Positions 12,191 to 30,991 are shown, counted from the first letter of the stretch. The stretch: DNA of 64,000 bases from Octopus sinensis (GCF_006345805.1 NC_043004.1:85746001-85810000), one strand, 5' to 3'. The notes: generated by a model from the letters alone, not told the origin. Made by a program: numbers and translations.

Positions 12191-12654
12191 TATATATACA
12201 CATGCAATCTACTAATGCGAACTGAGATTCCTTTAGAAACAAATGCGTCAGCAAACTTGCAATACATTAGTACAAACTCGTAACTTTATTCATAATTATT
12301 TGTATATCATATCATTTGCATTTCAAAATATAATTCCATTTCCCCACTATTCTTAATTTTGTCCATTTTGCTGTTTAACTCAAACATTAAATTTAGTAAA
12401 TGTCATTTCTTTTCATCGAAAAAGGTTAATTCCGGTAAAGTTTTGTTCTCTTTTCTAATATCTTCATTTCATGTTCTTAAGCAGTTTTCAACCACAGATT
12501 ATCACTACATTCAAATATGTATTTGGTAAATGTCTACTCTGTGAAATATTTAAGTTATTGTACTTAGATATAAAGTACATTGGATTTACTAAAGGTCATC
12601 TCTGCTCACTCAAAGATGCTACTTCCGGTTGTATTTTATTCTCCACATTCTTAT

Positions 12655-12888
12655 ATTATTTCACTTGTTTCAGTCATTTTAGTACGGCCATGCTGGAGCA
12701 ACATCTTGAAGGAGTTTTAGTCGAACTAATCGACCCCAGGACTTACTTTTTAAGCCAGTTCTTATTCCATGAGTCACTTTTGCCGAACCTCTAAGTTACG
12801 GAGATATAAACATACCAACAACGGTTGTCAAACAGTGATGAGGGAGAACCACATACACAAGACACCCCTCACACACAAATATATACAT

Positions 12889-12921
<33 letters not shown>

Positions 12922-13295
12922 GAGTCTGCCAGCATATCCACATTTATATAGACAACCGAATTCGTATCTCCCTCCAAAATTTCACCACGTGAGTTACAAA
13001 AACAGTACCACCGAAACGAAGTTTCGCAGATTCATTGTAAGGGAGTAAAAGTATTCGATACATCTAAAGGGTGAAATATAATTAATTTAATCCAGAAACG
13101 ATCGTCCATAATTGATCGAAAGTAGACTGTGTGATTTCGTTGTCTTTCTTCTTTTTACCATATACGGGTTACAGATACTGTTGTTTGTGGAGACTTATTT
13201 TTGTAGTAATAGTAATGGTAACCTATTTGGCTGCTATTTCTAACATTTTCGGTATGTATTTTAAGCAACTTGTTGTAATAACCCTTTATTATAAT

Positions 13296-13328
<33 letters not shown>

Positions 13329-13525
13329 ATATATATTATATATATATATATATACAGAGAGAGATATATACACCAAGATTCTTTCAGTTTCCGTCTACCA
13401 TATCCACTCACAAGGCTGCGGTCGGTCCGAAGCTATAACAGAAGACACTTGCCTAAGTTGCCACGCAGTGGGACTGAACCTAAAACCATGTAGTTATTAG
13501 GCAACCTCTTTACAACCCAGCCACA
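12655..13525 (-). mobile_element. SINE family A split by a ~370-bp insertion in its internal (TA)n
   Basis: 3' half at 12655-12900, head half at 13375-13525, same strand. Confidence 0.75.
13150..13295. mobile_element. Degenerate copy of the 27680-27837 MITE family
   Basis: ggctgctatttcta-containing ~140 bp aligns with the reverse complement of 27690-27830. Confidence 0.6.
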
Positions 13526-13958
13526 TTTCGAATTCATTCCATTTTTAGTGACTTTCCTTTCATAGTTTATAAACGTATTCTAACTTGTGCTTCATAAAGG
13601 ATTATTTTATGACGTATGCTGTGTTCCACACTGCATTGCTAAATGGCTTTCTCTAGATTTATAAATGTTTAATAAGGACAGTATATTCAGCCCTTCAATG
13701 AGATAAATGTATAATGCTAACGAGGCAGTGAAGGTGACACCTAGAATAGAAAATGTAAGGATACATGCGATGTAAATCGAGATACTGAGTATTTCTTTAG
13801 GCCTGCTACTTATTCTGTCGTTTTTGTTTGCTAAACTGCTAAGTTAAGGGAATGTGAACAAACCAAGAGCGTTTGTCAAGCAGTGAGAGAACAAAAACAA
13901 AGGTAATGACGCACACACACACAAACACACACACACACACACACACACCACACACACA

Positions 13959-14016
<58 letters not shown>

Positions 14017-14149
14017 TATTATATATATATATATGTAATATACATACATGCATGCGTTCATAAATATATATATATAAGTGTAACACACACACTTATATAT
14101 ATACAAGTGTGCATATGTGTGTGTGTACTAAATTCACTCAATTCAATCA

Positions 14150-14457
14150 CAAAGATCTAAGGGTCACATTTTCGCGGTCCGTTATTCATACTGAAAAATG
14201 AAGATCGATCGAATTTTTGCTCGACGTATGGTTTCCGTTCATGCTGAGCTCGCTTTGGGACACCTGCGTTTATTGTTTGACAGACGTACCGCTCCTAGAC
14301 AAACGACTCGACTGACAATGTTCAGAAGTAAGTGTCGCGCACCAGCTGCGCCGTCGCCTGTCAAGGCGCTCGACATGCATCGCGTACTTGACACCAGTTA
14401 ATGAACCACCGCTCAGCAACGGCCTGATCCCATCTCCATCGAATGACCGAGAAAACT
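14150..14457 (-). pseudogene. Degenerate 28S rRNA fragment
   Basis: ctgagctcgctttgggacacctgcgtt...gtttgacagacgtaccgc matches the reverse complement of the conserved LSU segment GGGGCGGTACACCTGTCAAACGGTAACGCAGGTGTCCTAAGGCGAGCTCAG; tactgaaaa..aagatc also matches. Confidence 0.85.
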
Positions 14458-14535
14458 TTCCAAGTTGCCGCGGAGTGGGTCTGAACCCGAAACCACGTAG
14501 TTGCAGATCGAAGCTTCTTAACCCCACTACATCAC
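14458..14535 (-). mobile_element. SINE family A head only, abutting the 28S fragment
   Basis: Reverse complement gtagtggggttaagaagctt...ggttcagacccactccgcggcaacttgg. Confidence 0.7.
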
Positions 14536-15299
14536 CTGCATTTATATTGACTGGGTGTCGCAGATTTTATTATATTTTGTTTATCTTTAAGACGATAACC
14601 ACTGTCTAAACCTCTTTGTTCTCTCCCTCAACACAATGATAATAGTCGGAGGCTTAAACGAAATTGTAACAATATCTACTGTCAAGTATGATTAGTTATA
14701 CAACAAATGTATTTGACGTCTGATCATACTCTCATGATTGTTTGTATTCCATTTTACATTCAACTTTTCAGGCGAACACTTCATATGCGTGTGCTCATTA
14801 ATATTGTACTATCCCTAAGTCAAATATTCCGTCCATTTCACACATTCTACTTTTCGCCAATTACTCTCGACAGCTACGCCTTATAGAATATCAATTTTGC
14901 TTTCTAGCTCTTCTTATCATTGTTCCTAATGAAAATGTTTGAATTAAGTTAATGATTTGTTTTTAATTCCTAGTTATTACGAATAATCCAATAATAGATT
15001 TCCCGTTTGCAATATATGTATGTCAGCAAGTAGAGTGGTGGAAGCAAAGATGCGTAATTACATGTGTCAGCATTCGAGATTTCCATAATATATATATGTG
15101 GCAAGAAGTTTGTTTTCCAACTATATGGTTCTGGGTTGAGTCCCACTGCGTGGCACCTGAAGTTCGTGTCTTCTGCTATAGCTCCGGACCGATTAACGCC
15201 ATGTAAAATGATAGAAGCAAAGATGCGTAATTACATATGTCAGCATCCGAATATATATGTGGCAAGAAGTTTGCTTCCCAACAATATGGTTCCGGGTTC

Positions 15300-15992
15300 A
15301 GAACGTAAGAGAGCAAGACAAATGAAAAGATACAAAATATACAGATTAATCACAAACCAGTTTCGTTGTTACCACTTACGTTTGCTAAATTTTCTTGAGA
15401 ACATTCATTTCTTAGTGGTAAGACCATAAGGAGTCGACTTCTAGCATATGGATGGCCACTTAATGGTCATCCCTCTTATATGTATATAATATAATTTTTC
15501 TGAATCTTCAGATTTTTCTATGTGCTAGACCACTGGTTTTAAATTGATATTAATCAAATTAATATTCACCCTTTTTCACCCTTATTTTAAATTTAAATAA
15601 CTATGTTTTCTAACCGGCAAAATTCACTGCAGAGAATTATTTTCTGCAGAATCATTTCCAGTATTTTGGCACGCCAAAATCAAGACTTTTGAAATATAAC
15701 CCCAGATATAATTGGTAGAACTATAAACATGTTCAATCTCTACAAATTATATTTTGCTATGACGATCACACTGATGAGTTGCGAACATCTACGTAAGTGA
15801 TTACGTAAGTGGTAACAACGAAACTGGTTTGTGATCAATCTGTATATTTTGTACCTTTTCATTTGTCTTACTCGCTTACGTTCTGGCGTTCGCTAGATTT
15901 TCTTGAGAATATTCATTTCTTAGTGGTAAGACCATAGGGGGTCCAATTCTAGCATATGGATGTCTACTTAGTGATCATCCCTCTTATATGTA
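15300..15992 (+). mobile_element. Penelope-like pLTR-type element: inverted 5' segment plus partial tandem ~508-bp unit
   Basis: 15300-15380 is the reverse complement of 15804-15884; 15381-15485 is repeated directly at 15889-15992; hammerhead inside. Confidence 0.65.
15764..15836 (+). ncRNA. Minimal type I hammerhead ribozyme
   Basis: GAUCACA CUGAUGA GUUG..CAAC GAAA C-UG-G UU|UGUGAUC: 7-bp stem I, intact core, near-palindromic stem III. Confidence 0.75.
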
Positions 15993-16579
15993 TGTATTTA
16001 TGTACATATATATATGTATATACATACACACACACACACATGTCATGCACCTCTTTCAGTTTCCGTTTTTGGTCGTATTGAGGTTATAGTAGAAGACACT
16101 TGCCCCAAAACAGGCTCATTGTCTGTAGATTAGTGATGAAACCTGGACGCATGTTTCTGTGTGAATAGATAACAGCACAACAATTCTCCTATCATAACTC
16201 CAGAAACCAAGGGACATAAACAAGGTACAAAAACAAATAAAACACATTTATTGCCAACGTAATTTATGTAATTAAAATGAGTGAAATATGCTGACAGAAA
16301 TAACACAGAATATCTAAAAACATAGACATTATGAAGTCATATCACATAATATATACGATAAATTTTTTATTCATTAAAATTATCTCAACCTCTACGGAGT
16401 CTGTCAAAATTATCGAATGGTGACTATGTATACATACACATATATATATATGTATATATGTGTGTGTGTGTCTGTGTGCTCGTGATTGTGTGTGCGTTTG
16501 TGTGCGTGTGTTTGTGTTTGTGTTTGCGTGTGTATGTGTGGATGTGTGTGCGCGTAAACATACACACATATACATATAC

Positions 16580-16960
16580 CTTTTATCTTTTACTTGTTTC
16601 ACTCATTAGACTGCAGCCATGCTGGGGCACCGCTCTGAATAACTTCAGTCGAAAGAATCGATCCCAGGACTTACTTTTTTAAGCCTTGTACTTATTCTCT
16701 TTGACTCTTTTGTCAAACCGCTAGGTTACGGGGACGTAAACACACCAACAACAGTTATCACACGGTGGTGGGTAGGAGACAAACATAGAAACAGAAACGC
16801 ACATAAATATAAGTATATTCATATGTACGACGGGCTTCCTTCAGGGTCCGCCCTACGTCATAGTAGAAGACACTGGCCCAAGGTACCACGCAATGTGACT
16901 GAACCCAGAACCATGTGATTGTGAAGCAAATTTCTTATTACACCTCCACGTCTGCGCCTG
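16580..16960 (-). mobile_element. SINE family A
   Basis: Tail ttttacttgtttcactc through head acgtctgcgcctg. Confidence 0.85.
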
Positions 16961-17063
16961 TAGTACAAAACACTTGCCTAACGTTCCACGCAGTTGAATT
17001 CAATCCGGAACCAGGAAGCTGGAGAGAAAAATCCTTACAACGTGTGTATATATATATATTATA

Positions 17064-17107
<44 letters not shown>

Positions 17108-17239
17108 GATATGTATATATATATATATATATATATCATACATACATACATATATATATATATAGATCTTCAGAAGCGATAACAAGCCGAAAGGGTATGC
17201 TCCCATTTTCAGTGTTTTCAGATTCAAACAAGGGCATTC

Positions 17240-17290
17240 TGAGCTGATGAGAAGGGTCGATTTTGACTAATCTTGAAACGTACGTACTCA
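17240..17290 (+). ncRNA. Minimal type I hammerhead ribozyme, copy 1
   Basis: UGAG CUGAUGA (stem II aag/cuu, guc/gac) GAAA C-GUAC-G UA|CUCA. Confidence 0.75.
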
Positions 17291-17795
17291 AATAACCTTT
17301 GCATTTGATTTTTTAATGTCTCTACCCCCATACTTCTTGAGTTGAATTGAGCAAACACTATATGAGAGAGGTTTTCTTTAAGTGTTAGAAATAGTTTTAT
17401 AAAAAGTTTTTTTAGCTGCTATTTCTAACGAGTTCAGTATGCGGCAAAGTAATTTATTTTACTAAGCCCTTTTATAATGTAATAATTTGAATTCGCCTTA
17501 AATGGTCCCTTTGCATACTGAATACTTGGTGAAATTGATTAATTAATTAATTAATTTTACCCTCATTGTTGTTGAAATATAATTCATCTCTCTCTACTTA
17601 ATGTCTCGGATTTTACCGAAAAAAACATAGGGTTTGCTGATTTTAACCCACGCTGGTGGAAAGGGGAGAGCAGAAATTTTCGCTTGCATATTGAGTTGTT
17701 GGCACTGTTAGTTTGGAACAGATCTTCAGAAGCGATAACAAGCCGAAAGGGTATGCTCCCATTTTCAGTGTTTTCCGATTCAAACAAGGGCATTC

Positions 17796-17848
17796 TGAGC
17801 TGATGAGAGAAGGGTCGATTTTGACTAATCTTGAAACGTACGTACTCA
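17796..17848 (+). ncRNA. Minimal type I hammerhead ribozyme, copy 2
   Basis: Same core and stems as copy 1 with a 2-nt difference at the base of stem II. Confidence 0.75.
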
Positions 17849-18279
17849 AATAACCTTTGCATTTGATTTTTTAATGTCTTCCCCCATACTTCCTTGAGTT
17901 GAATGAGCAAACACTATATGAGAGAGGTTTTCTTTAAGTGTTAGAATAGTTTTATAAAAAGTTTTTTTAGCTGCTATTTCTAACGAGTTCAGTATGCGGC
18001 AAAGTAATTTATTTTACTAAGCCCTTTTATAATGTAATAATTTGAATTCGCCTTAAATGGTCCCTTTGCATACTGAAACTTGGTGAAATTGATTAATTAA
18101 TTAATTAATTTTACCCTCAATTGTTGAAATATTATATATATAATATATTATATATATATATATATAATATATAAATATATACATTAAATACATACATAAT
18201 ACATACACATATACATACATACATGCATGCATGCATGCATACATGCATACATACATACATACATACATGCGTAAGTAAG

Positions 18280-18429
18280 TACACCAGTCACTGGTGTTGT
18301 TACACCAGTCACTGGTGTTGTTACACCAGTCACTGGTGTTGTTACACCAGTCACTGGTGTTGTTACACCAGTCACTGGTGTTGTTACACCAGTCACTGGT
18401 GTTGTTACATCAGTCACTGGTGTTGTTAC
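18280..18429. repeat. Seven-copy 21-bp palindromic minisatellite
   Basis: (tacaccagtcactggtgttgt)x7; acaccagt-c-actggtgt is an inverted repeat; one substitution in the last copy. Confidence 0.95.
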
Positions 18430-18562
18430 AACTAAAGAAGAGTGAACCATATATTTTTCAAATCCCAAATTATAAGAACCATCAATGTATTTAGGGTTGC
18501 CCTGTAACCAAAAAGTATTTGAAATTTGTATGATATGTTATTGTATAGAAGTAAATTGATCC

Positions 18563-18780
18563 TTAATTGATATGAGATTCCAGAGACAATTCGAGGAGCC
18601 GAAAAAAGCCTTCAGAGAACTGTTTCGCCTTTATATAATACGAAATTATGATCCAATCACATGCATTCTCTTTTGGCTCCCTTGCAAGATGAGAAGTCCA
18701 TTTTGGAGGAAGTTCAACTAAGTCGTAAATCCAATGATACCGGGACACTTTCAGAATTCTATCATTAAAATATGATATAT
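18563..18780 (-). CDS. Candidate exon of an unidentified gene
   Basis: Acceptor-like tatttttcttgcctAG then ~72 open codons (ISYFNDRILKVSRYHWIYDLVELPPKW...) to TAA in unique sequence; no recognised homology. Confidence 0.2.
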
Positions 18781-19379
18781 CTAGGCAAGAAAAATACATT
18801 CACCTACGAAAAAATAGTATTTGAAAATTATCAAGACACAATTTTCTAACAGAATGACTCATGAATCAATACTGAAATAAAACGCCATTTTATATATATG
18901 TGCGCATGTAACTGCGTACATGTTGGTATGTTTCTATATCTGGTTTGCTCTAAAAGTATATGACTATTTTTATATATATCGATCAAATTTCCTTTATCTA
19001 TCCACCTAGCTGAGCATCTGTCCTTCTGTCAATTTAATTATAAACATGTCTATACATTTATCTACCTTCTTCTTTATTTGCATCATGCATTTGTAAGTTT
19101 TACAACCAATGCCTCTATCATATTTTCTTCCCTCTCACTTTCTTTCCCCATGTCGCTATTTCTCTCTCATAGACTTTCATTTTATCAATTTCTCACATTC
19201 ACACACTTCCTCAGTCTTTTCTATCTCTCTTTTTCACTTCCACTCTCACACAAACGACTAATGTGTCTCTATATCTAACAGCCTGCGTAGTTTGATTTGT
19301 TTCTTTTTTTTTTTCAATCTGTTTAGTAACATTACTTCTGTACTTCACAACTAGTCATTTTCCGACCTATCTTTCTCTC

Positions 19380-25900
<6,521 letters not shown>

Positions 25901-27135
25901 ATAACACGCACACACAACACAAGCCTAGAAAGATTTAATTGAGAAAAATGTCGAATTGTTGTTATCAGGAATTGTAGAGATTTTGGGGAATAGAAATGGG
26001 GGGGAAATTATAAAGAATTTAGCAAACAATATGGATAAAAATGATTGAAAACATATGCATAATATTATTTAAATAAGAGTTTATAAAACAAAAGTATTAA
26101 ACAATGAAGATTAAGATAACATTGTGGAATGAACAATGAAGTGGTGGGACAGAATCAAGAAATGGAAGTTACGTTTTTGTGTTTCATAAAGTCAGAATTA
26201 TCTTCAGGCAATTGTAATTGTCTTAGGTTCCACCTGTTTGCCATAACGCTTTGTCCATCTTGTTAGTTATATAACAAATCAACATTATGTCTAATTTTTT
26301 GGAGCTTCATTTGACTGTTTATCTGTGCATATCTCTCGGAATAAAAGCATTGTACCCGATTGTGTGGATATTTGACAAGGCGGGGTGAACGCTCGAACGT
26401 TGTTTTGGCAGCAGTAGGTTGTTGTTTTTTTTCACTGGAGGAAAATAATTAACGCACACACCTACCCTCGAATGCGCAGTACTATACACAAAGAGATACA
26501 GAGAGAGAGAGAGAGAGAGAGTGCGGGAGAGAAAAAGAAGGAGAGAGTTACCTTAAAATTTATGAACTGAACACGATCAGAATAAACACTTTCCAATTTC
26601 ACATATACGTAAAGAGAAAACTCCTAACACACACAAATAGAGAGAGAGAATGAAAATGATAAAGAAAAATCAAAACGTCAAATGTCAAACACAGCAACCC
26701 GATTTGGCCGAAACGTCTTATACGTTTTTTTGGGGGAGTTTCCATGTAATTTCTTAAATATTTAGTCTATCAATATGTACGTGTATCCGCCCATCTGTCT
26801 TGTCATAGCACATTAAATTAAAGATTTCTTATGCAGCTTCTCTCTCGTAATCCGTTCTTGAAGATGCACTTAACTGATACTTATATAATGATTAGCCTAA
26901 TTAAGAAAATCATTATGAAGGTATGTTCTAGCAAGCTTTCAATATCTTGTGCTGGCATCTCCATTCTTAATATCACGTTCGATTTCTTTTTCTTTTCTTC
27001 CGCTTGTAAGTATGTGTGTGTATGTGTTCATATTTATATCTATCTCTTTATGTATGTATGCATTTATGTATGAATGTATGTATGTATGTATGTATATATG
27101 TATGTATGTATATATATATATGTATATATATGATA

Positions 27136-27227
<92 letters not shown>

Positions 27228-27304
27228 ATATATATATAATATATATATATAGAATATATATGTATGGATGGATGGATGTATATATACATATGAAAGAAAC
27301 AAAT

Positions 27305-27560
27305 AAATATTTTGTGTCTTTTCATTTGTCTTGCTCGCTTACGTTCTGGCGTTTGTTAAATTTTCTTCAGAACATTCCTTTCTTCGTGGTAAGACCATAG
27401 CGGATTTACTTCTAGCATAATGGCTGTCCACGTAGTGGTCATCCCACTTACATGTATGTAATATAATTTTTCTGAATCTCCAGATTCTAATATGCTAGAA
27501 ACTACTGGTTCTAAATTGATATTAATCAAATTAATATTCATCTTTTCACCCTTATGATAT
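27305..27560 (+). mobile_element. Fragment of the same family as the 15300-15992 element
   Basis: ttttcatttgtcttgctcgcttacgttctggcg...gtggtaagaccata...aaattgatattaatcaaattaatattca matches 15855-15990 and 15490-15570. Confidence 0.8.
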
Positions 27561-27679
27561 ATACATATATATACGTTACAGATAAAGGGTGAAATATAAT
27601 TAATTTAATAAAATCAACAAATTTTACCTCATAGTATTTCGGTATGGAAAAGGACCATATTCGGTAAAAGTTTATATAA

Positions 27680-27837
27680 TTATAACAATGAGGGTCTTTG
27701 GAACAAGTTGCTAGACCACATACCGAAAGTTTTAGAAATAGCAGCCAGAGGACTGCTATTTCTTTTACTACAAAAATATGTCTCCACAGACAACAATATT
27801 TGTAACTCATATATGGCAAAAAACGTCATTGTTATAA
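27680..27837. mobile_element. 158-bp MITE-like element with 12-bp TIRs
   Basis: ttataacaatga (27680-27691) / tcattgttataa (27826-27837). Confidence 0.6.
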
Positions 27838-27936
27838 ATATATATTGTAGAGAGTTTGGGGAATAGAAAGAGGAGGAAAATTATAAAGAATTTAACATAT
27901 ATATTATAATATATATATATATATATATAAATATAT

Positions 27937-28037
<101 letters not shown>

Positions 28038-28059
28038 CCATGTTGATTCGTTAGCTACT

Positions 28060-28215
28060 GCACGCATTTTTTTCTCTTGTGTTATCTTTCTGTTGAAGAG
28101 CGTAGGCTCGAAAGTTAAAGACTTGTTTTATTTATATTTCCTGAGCGCCATACTGATACAATTGTTCGTTTGTTTTCCACCTGCCTTCGTCTTTTGTCTA
28201 TTTTCATAAAGCTTC
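28060..28215 (+). mobile_element. PLE-like dispersed repeat with a variant hammerhead fold
   Basis: CUUU CUGUUGA A GAGC guag GCUC GAAA GUU AAAG at 28086-28120; homologous to 44875-45060 on the minus strand. Confidence 0.55.
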
Positions 28216-28221
28216 CGATAT

Positions 28222-28268
<47 letters not shown>

Positions 28269-28276
28269 CATACAGC

Positions 28277-28420
28277 GAGCTTCTTGCAGGTTCTGTCTAC
28301 CAAATCCTCTTACAAACATTTGGTCCGTTCGAGGCTATAGGAAGAAGGCACTTTCTCCAAGTGCCATGCAGTGGGACTGAATTCGGAACTATCTGGTTGG
28401 GAAGCAAGCTTCTTACCTCA
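28277..28420 (-). mobile_element. SINE family A, head half
   Basis: gtgccatgcagtgggactgaa...gcaagcttcttacc. Confidence 0.75.
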
Positions 28421-29454
28421 CATATACATATCTATGTATGTATTTTAAATAGTCATTCAGGAACGACTCTAAAATGCGTATGTATTTCTTCATTTGGTAG
28501 TGTACCAGCGTTTGTGGGACCAGTACGCTTGTTTGTATTTAAGCAGAATACCCAGCAGTTCTTTTGAGAAATTTCGTCTAGACTTCCATTCATATATTTT
28601 TTGTCCCGTATTTAGTTATTTTATTTATTTTTTTGTCACGTACTTCATTTTGCTTTAACTATTATGAATTCATTTGTCTGTTGTATTTTATTTATTTATT
28701 TTTCTTATTATATATATATTTATATATTTAGTTACTTGTTTATTTTAACTTCCTATTAACTCAAGCAATTTGAGCTTTAGAAACAGCGGGCTCTCCACTC
28801 TCTTCTCTCTTCTCTGTTACTTTAGAACGTATAATTTGAATATTGTCCGCATAATTCTGTCAATGAAGAACACAAGACACTTACTGATATTTCAGCCATT
28901 TTGAATCTATTTTCGTCATGATACTTTCTCTCCTTTTCTTTTTCCCTCTCTCCCTCTTCCCTCCCTCTTCCTCCCTGTCTCTCTCTCTCTCTCTCGGTCC
29001 ACCCTTTCACTCTTTCTCTTTCTCTTTCACCTCCTCTCTTCCAGTTTTAGATATAAATCATAATTCTGTATGTAATATTTCTTTAATGAGTATACACTTG
29101 AACGGTTGGGTTCTTATAACATTCTGCTTCTAGATATTAATTATAATACTTAAATCGACAGGGAAGCGGAAAGTATACGATTCCATATTCTTTCGTACTA
29201 TTTGCAGAGGTCTTAATATAATTGAGTTCCAACATGTGGAACTAAGATGGAAAACCGATACATGGACAACGTTCTTCAAAATGTGTAGGAGACGTAAGCG
29301 GCAATGAAATTCTACAAACATTCTACATTAGTATACTTTGATATATGCATATTCTATGTTGGTCAAGTTTACTCACTTGCTACTCTGAGTTTCACCTGTG
29401 GGTTTAAAGGATTTTCAAGGATGTTATGACACGTGACTCGACCCAAATAATATA

Positions 29455-29680
29455 TATATTATTGGTTTAAAATTTTTGCCCAAGACCAGAAAGCTCGGGA
29501 GAGGTAATAAGTCTCTTACATCGACCCCAGTACCCAACTGGTCCTTATACTATCAACCCCTAAAGGATGAAAAGCAAAGTCGACCTCAGTGGAATTTGAA
29601 CTGAGAACGTAAGGACAGATGAAATGACGTTGAGCATTATTCTCACCTTGCTAACGGTTATGCCATCTCGCTGCCTTAAT
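29455..29680 (-). mobile_element. SINE family B
   Basis: catcgaccccag...aaggatgaaaagcaaagtcgacctc...gaatttgaac...ctcgctgcctta. Confidence 0.8.
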
Positions 29681-29686
29681 AATATA

Positions 29687-29899
29687 TTGGGTTGTCCGGA
29701 AAGTTCGTGTCGATTTTTAAAGGAAAGAAAACTGTCAATAAATTGAAATTTTTACCATTAAGACTATTCTGCAGAGACCTCAATAACTGTGCTCTAAATG
29801 GAGGTGTAGTCAAATCCTATTTTATGGACTCAACTATGTTCTAAAATAAGTCGAAAGGTAAGCTACTGTAAATCGGCATGAACTTTCCGGACAACCCAA
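29687..29899. mobile_element. 213-bp mariner-type MITE
   Basis: TA|ttgggttgtccggaaagttcgtgtcgattt ... aaatcggcatgaactttccggacaacccaa|TA: 30-bp TIR with 2 mismatches and TA TSD. Confidence 0.9.
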
Positions 29900-30047
29900 T
29901 ATATTTTTAATCTCTACAATCGTGTCCAATACTCTTTTTCTCACAGTCAACAACAAACGGGTGTGTATATATATGTATGTGCGTGTGTATACTTGTATGC
30001 GTTTGTGTGTGTGTGGTGGGGTTAGATATCATCGGTACCCTGCTTTG

Positions 30048-30275
30048 TCGCGAGCTGGCAGAAACGTTAGCACGCCGGGCGAAATGCTTAGCGGTATTTC
30101 TTCTGCGTTACGTTGTGAGTTCAAATTCCGCCGAGGTCGGCTTTGCCTTTCATCCTTTCGGGGTCGATAAATTAAGTACCAGTTACGCACTGGGGTCGAT
30201 GTAATCGACTTAATACCTATGTCTTTCCTTGTTTGTCCCCTCTGTGTTTAGCTCCTTGTGGGTAATAAAGAAATA
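30048..30275 (+). mobile_element. SINE family B with target-site duplication
   Basis: ggtaccctgctttg at 30034-30047 and 30276-30289. Confidence 0.9.
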
Positions 30276-30552
30276 GGTACCCTGCTTTGCCGCAATGCTC
30301 TCAAGGGAGCAAAACTTTCATAACGCGAAATGGATGGCTATACATCTCTTTGAAATGAATCTGAATGCATTTTCAGTTTCTCAAATCTTGACGAGCGCAG
30401 TCCTGAACATACGCCGTCTCGACAGCGAATAGAATTTATTTGTAAGGCATTTCAATATCGATTTTATGTGTGTATGTATGTATGTATGTATGTATGTATG
30501 TATGTATGTATGTATGTATGTATGTATGTATGTATGTACGTATGTATGTATG

Positions 30553-30586
<34 letters not shown>

Positions 30587-30769
30587 TGCATGGATGGATG
30601 GATGGATGGACGCATGGATGGAGGGAGGGATGGATGGATGTATGTATGGATGTAGATAGAGAGATAGATTGATAGATAGGTAGATAGGTAGGTAGGTAGG
30701 TAGGTAGGTAGGTAGGTAGGTAGGTAAGGAGGTAAATAGCTAACTAGGTAGGTGGGTAAGTTTGTACAT

Positions 30770-30860
30770 TATTTCGCCATACCCACAAGGATGATGAAAA
30801 TAGCTCTTCTTTCCCGTTTGAAGGAAGGAGGCGTGACAATATTAACGATAGACTTGGCTG
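30770..30860 (-). mobile_element. Internal ~90-bp fragment of the Tx1-like family
   Basis: Near copy of 31710-31797; encodes [27 protein letters not shown]. Confidence 0.8.
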
Positions 30861-30991
30861 AGATAGATAGATAATAGATAAATAGATAGATAGATGGATG
30901 GATGGATGGATGGATGGATGGATGGATAGATAGATAGAGAGAGAGAAAGAGATAGAGAGAGAGATAGATAGATAGAGAGATAGAGAGATAT

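Larger units (their letters stand above)
17164..18132 (+). mobile_element. Partial tandem repeat (unit ~556 bp) in (TA)n carrying two hammerheads; retrozyme or PLE-like
   Basis: 17164-17580 is repeated at 17720-18132 with a 139-bp unique spacer; (TA)n on both sides. Confidence 0.7.

Noticed and set aside
14150-14457. Functional rRNA gene
   Set aside because: It is a short, heavily diverged fragment with no flanking rDNA
18280-18429. CRISPR-like palindromic repeat array
   Set aside because: Units are contiguous with no spacers, there are no cas genes, and the context is eukaryotic
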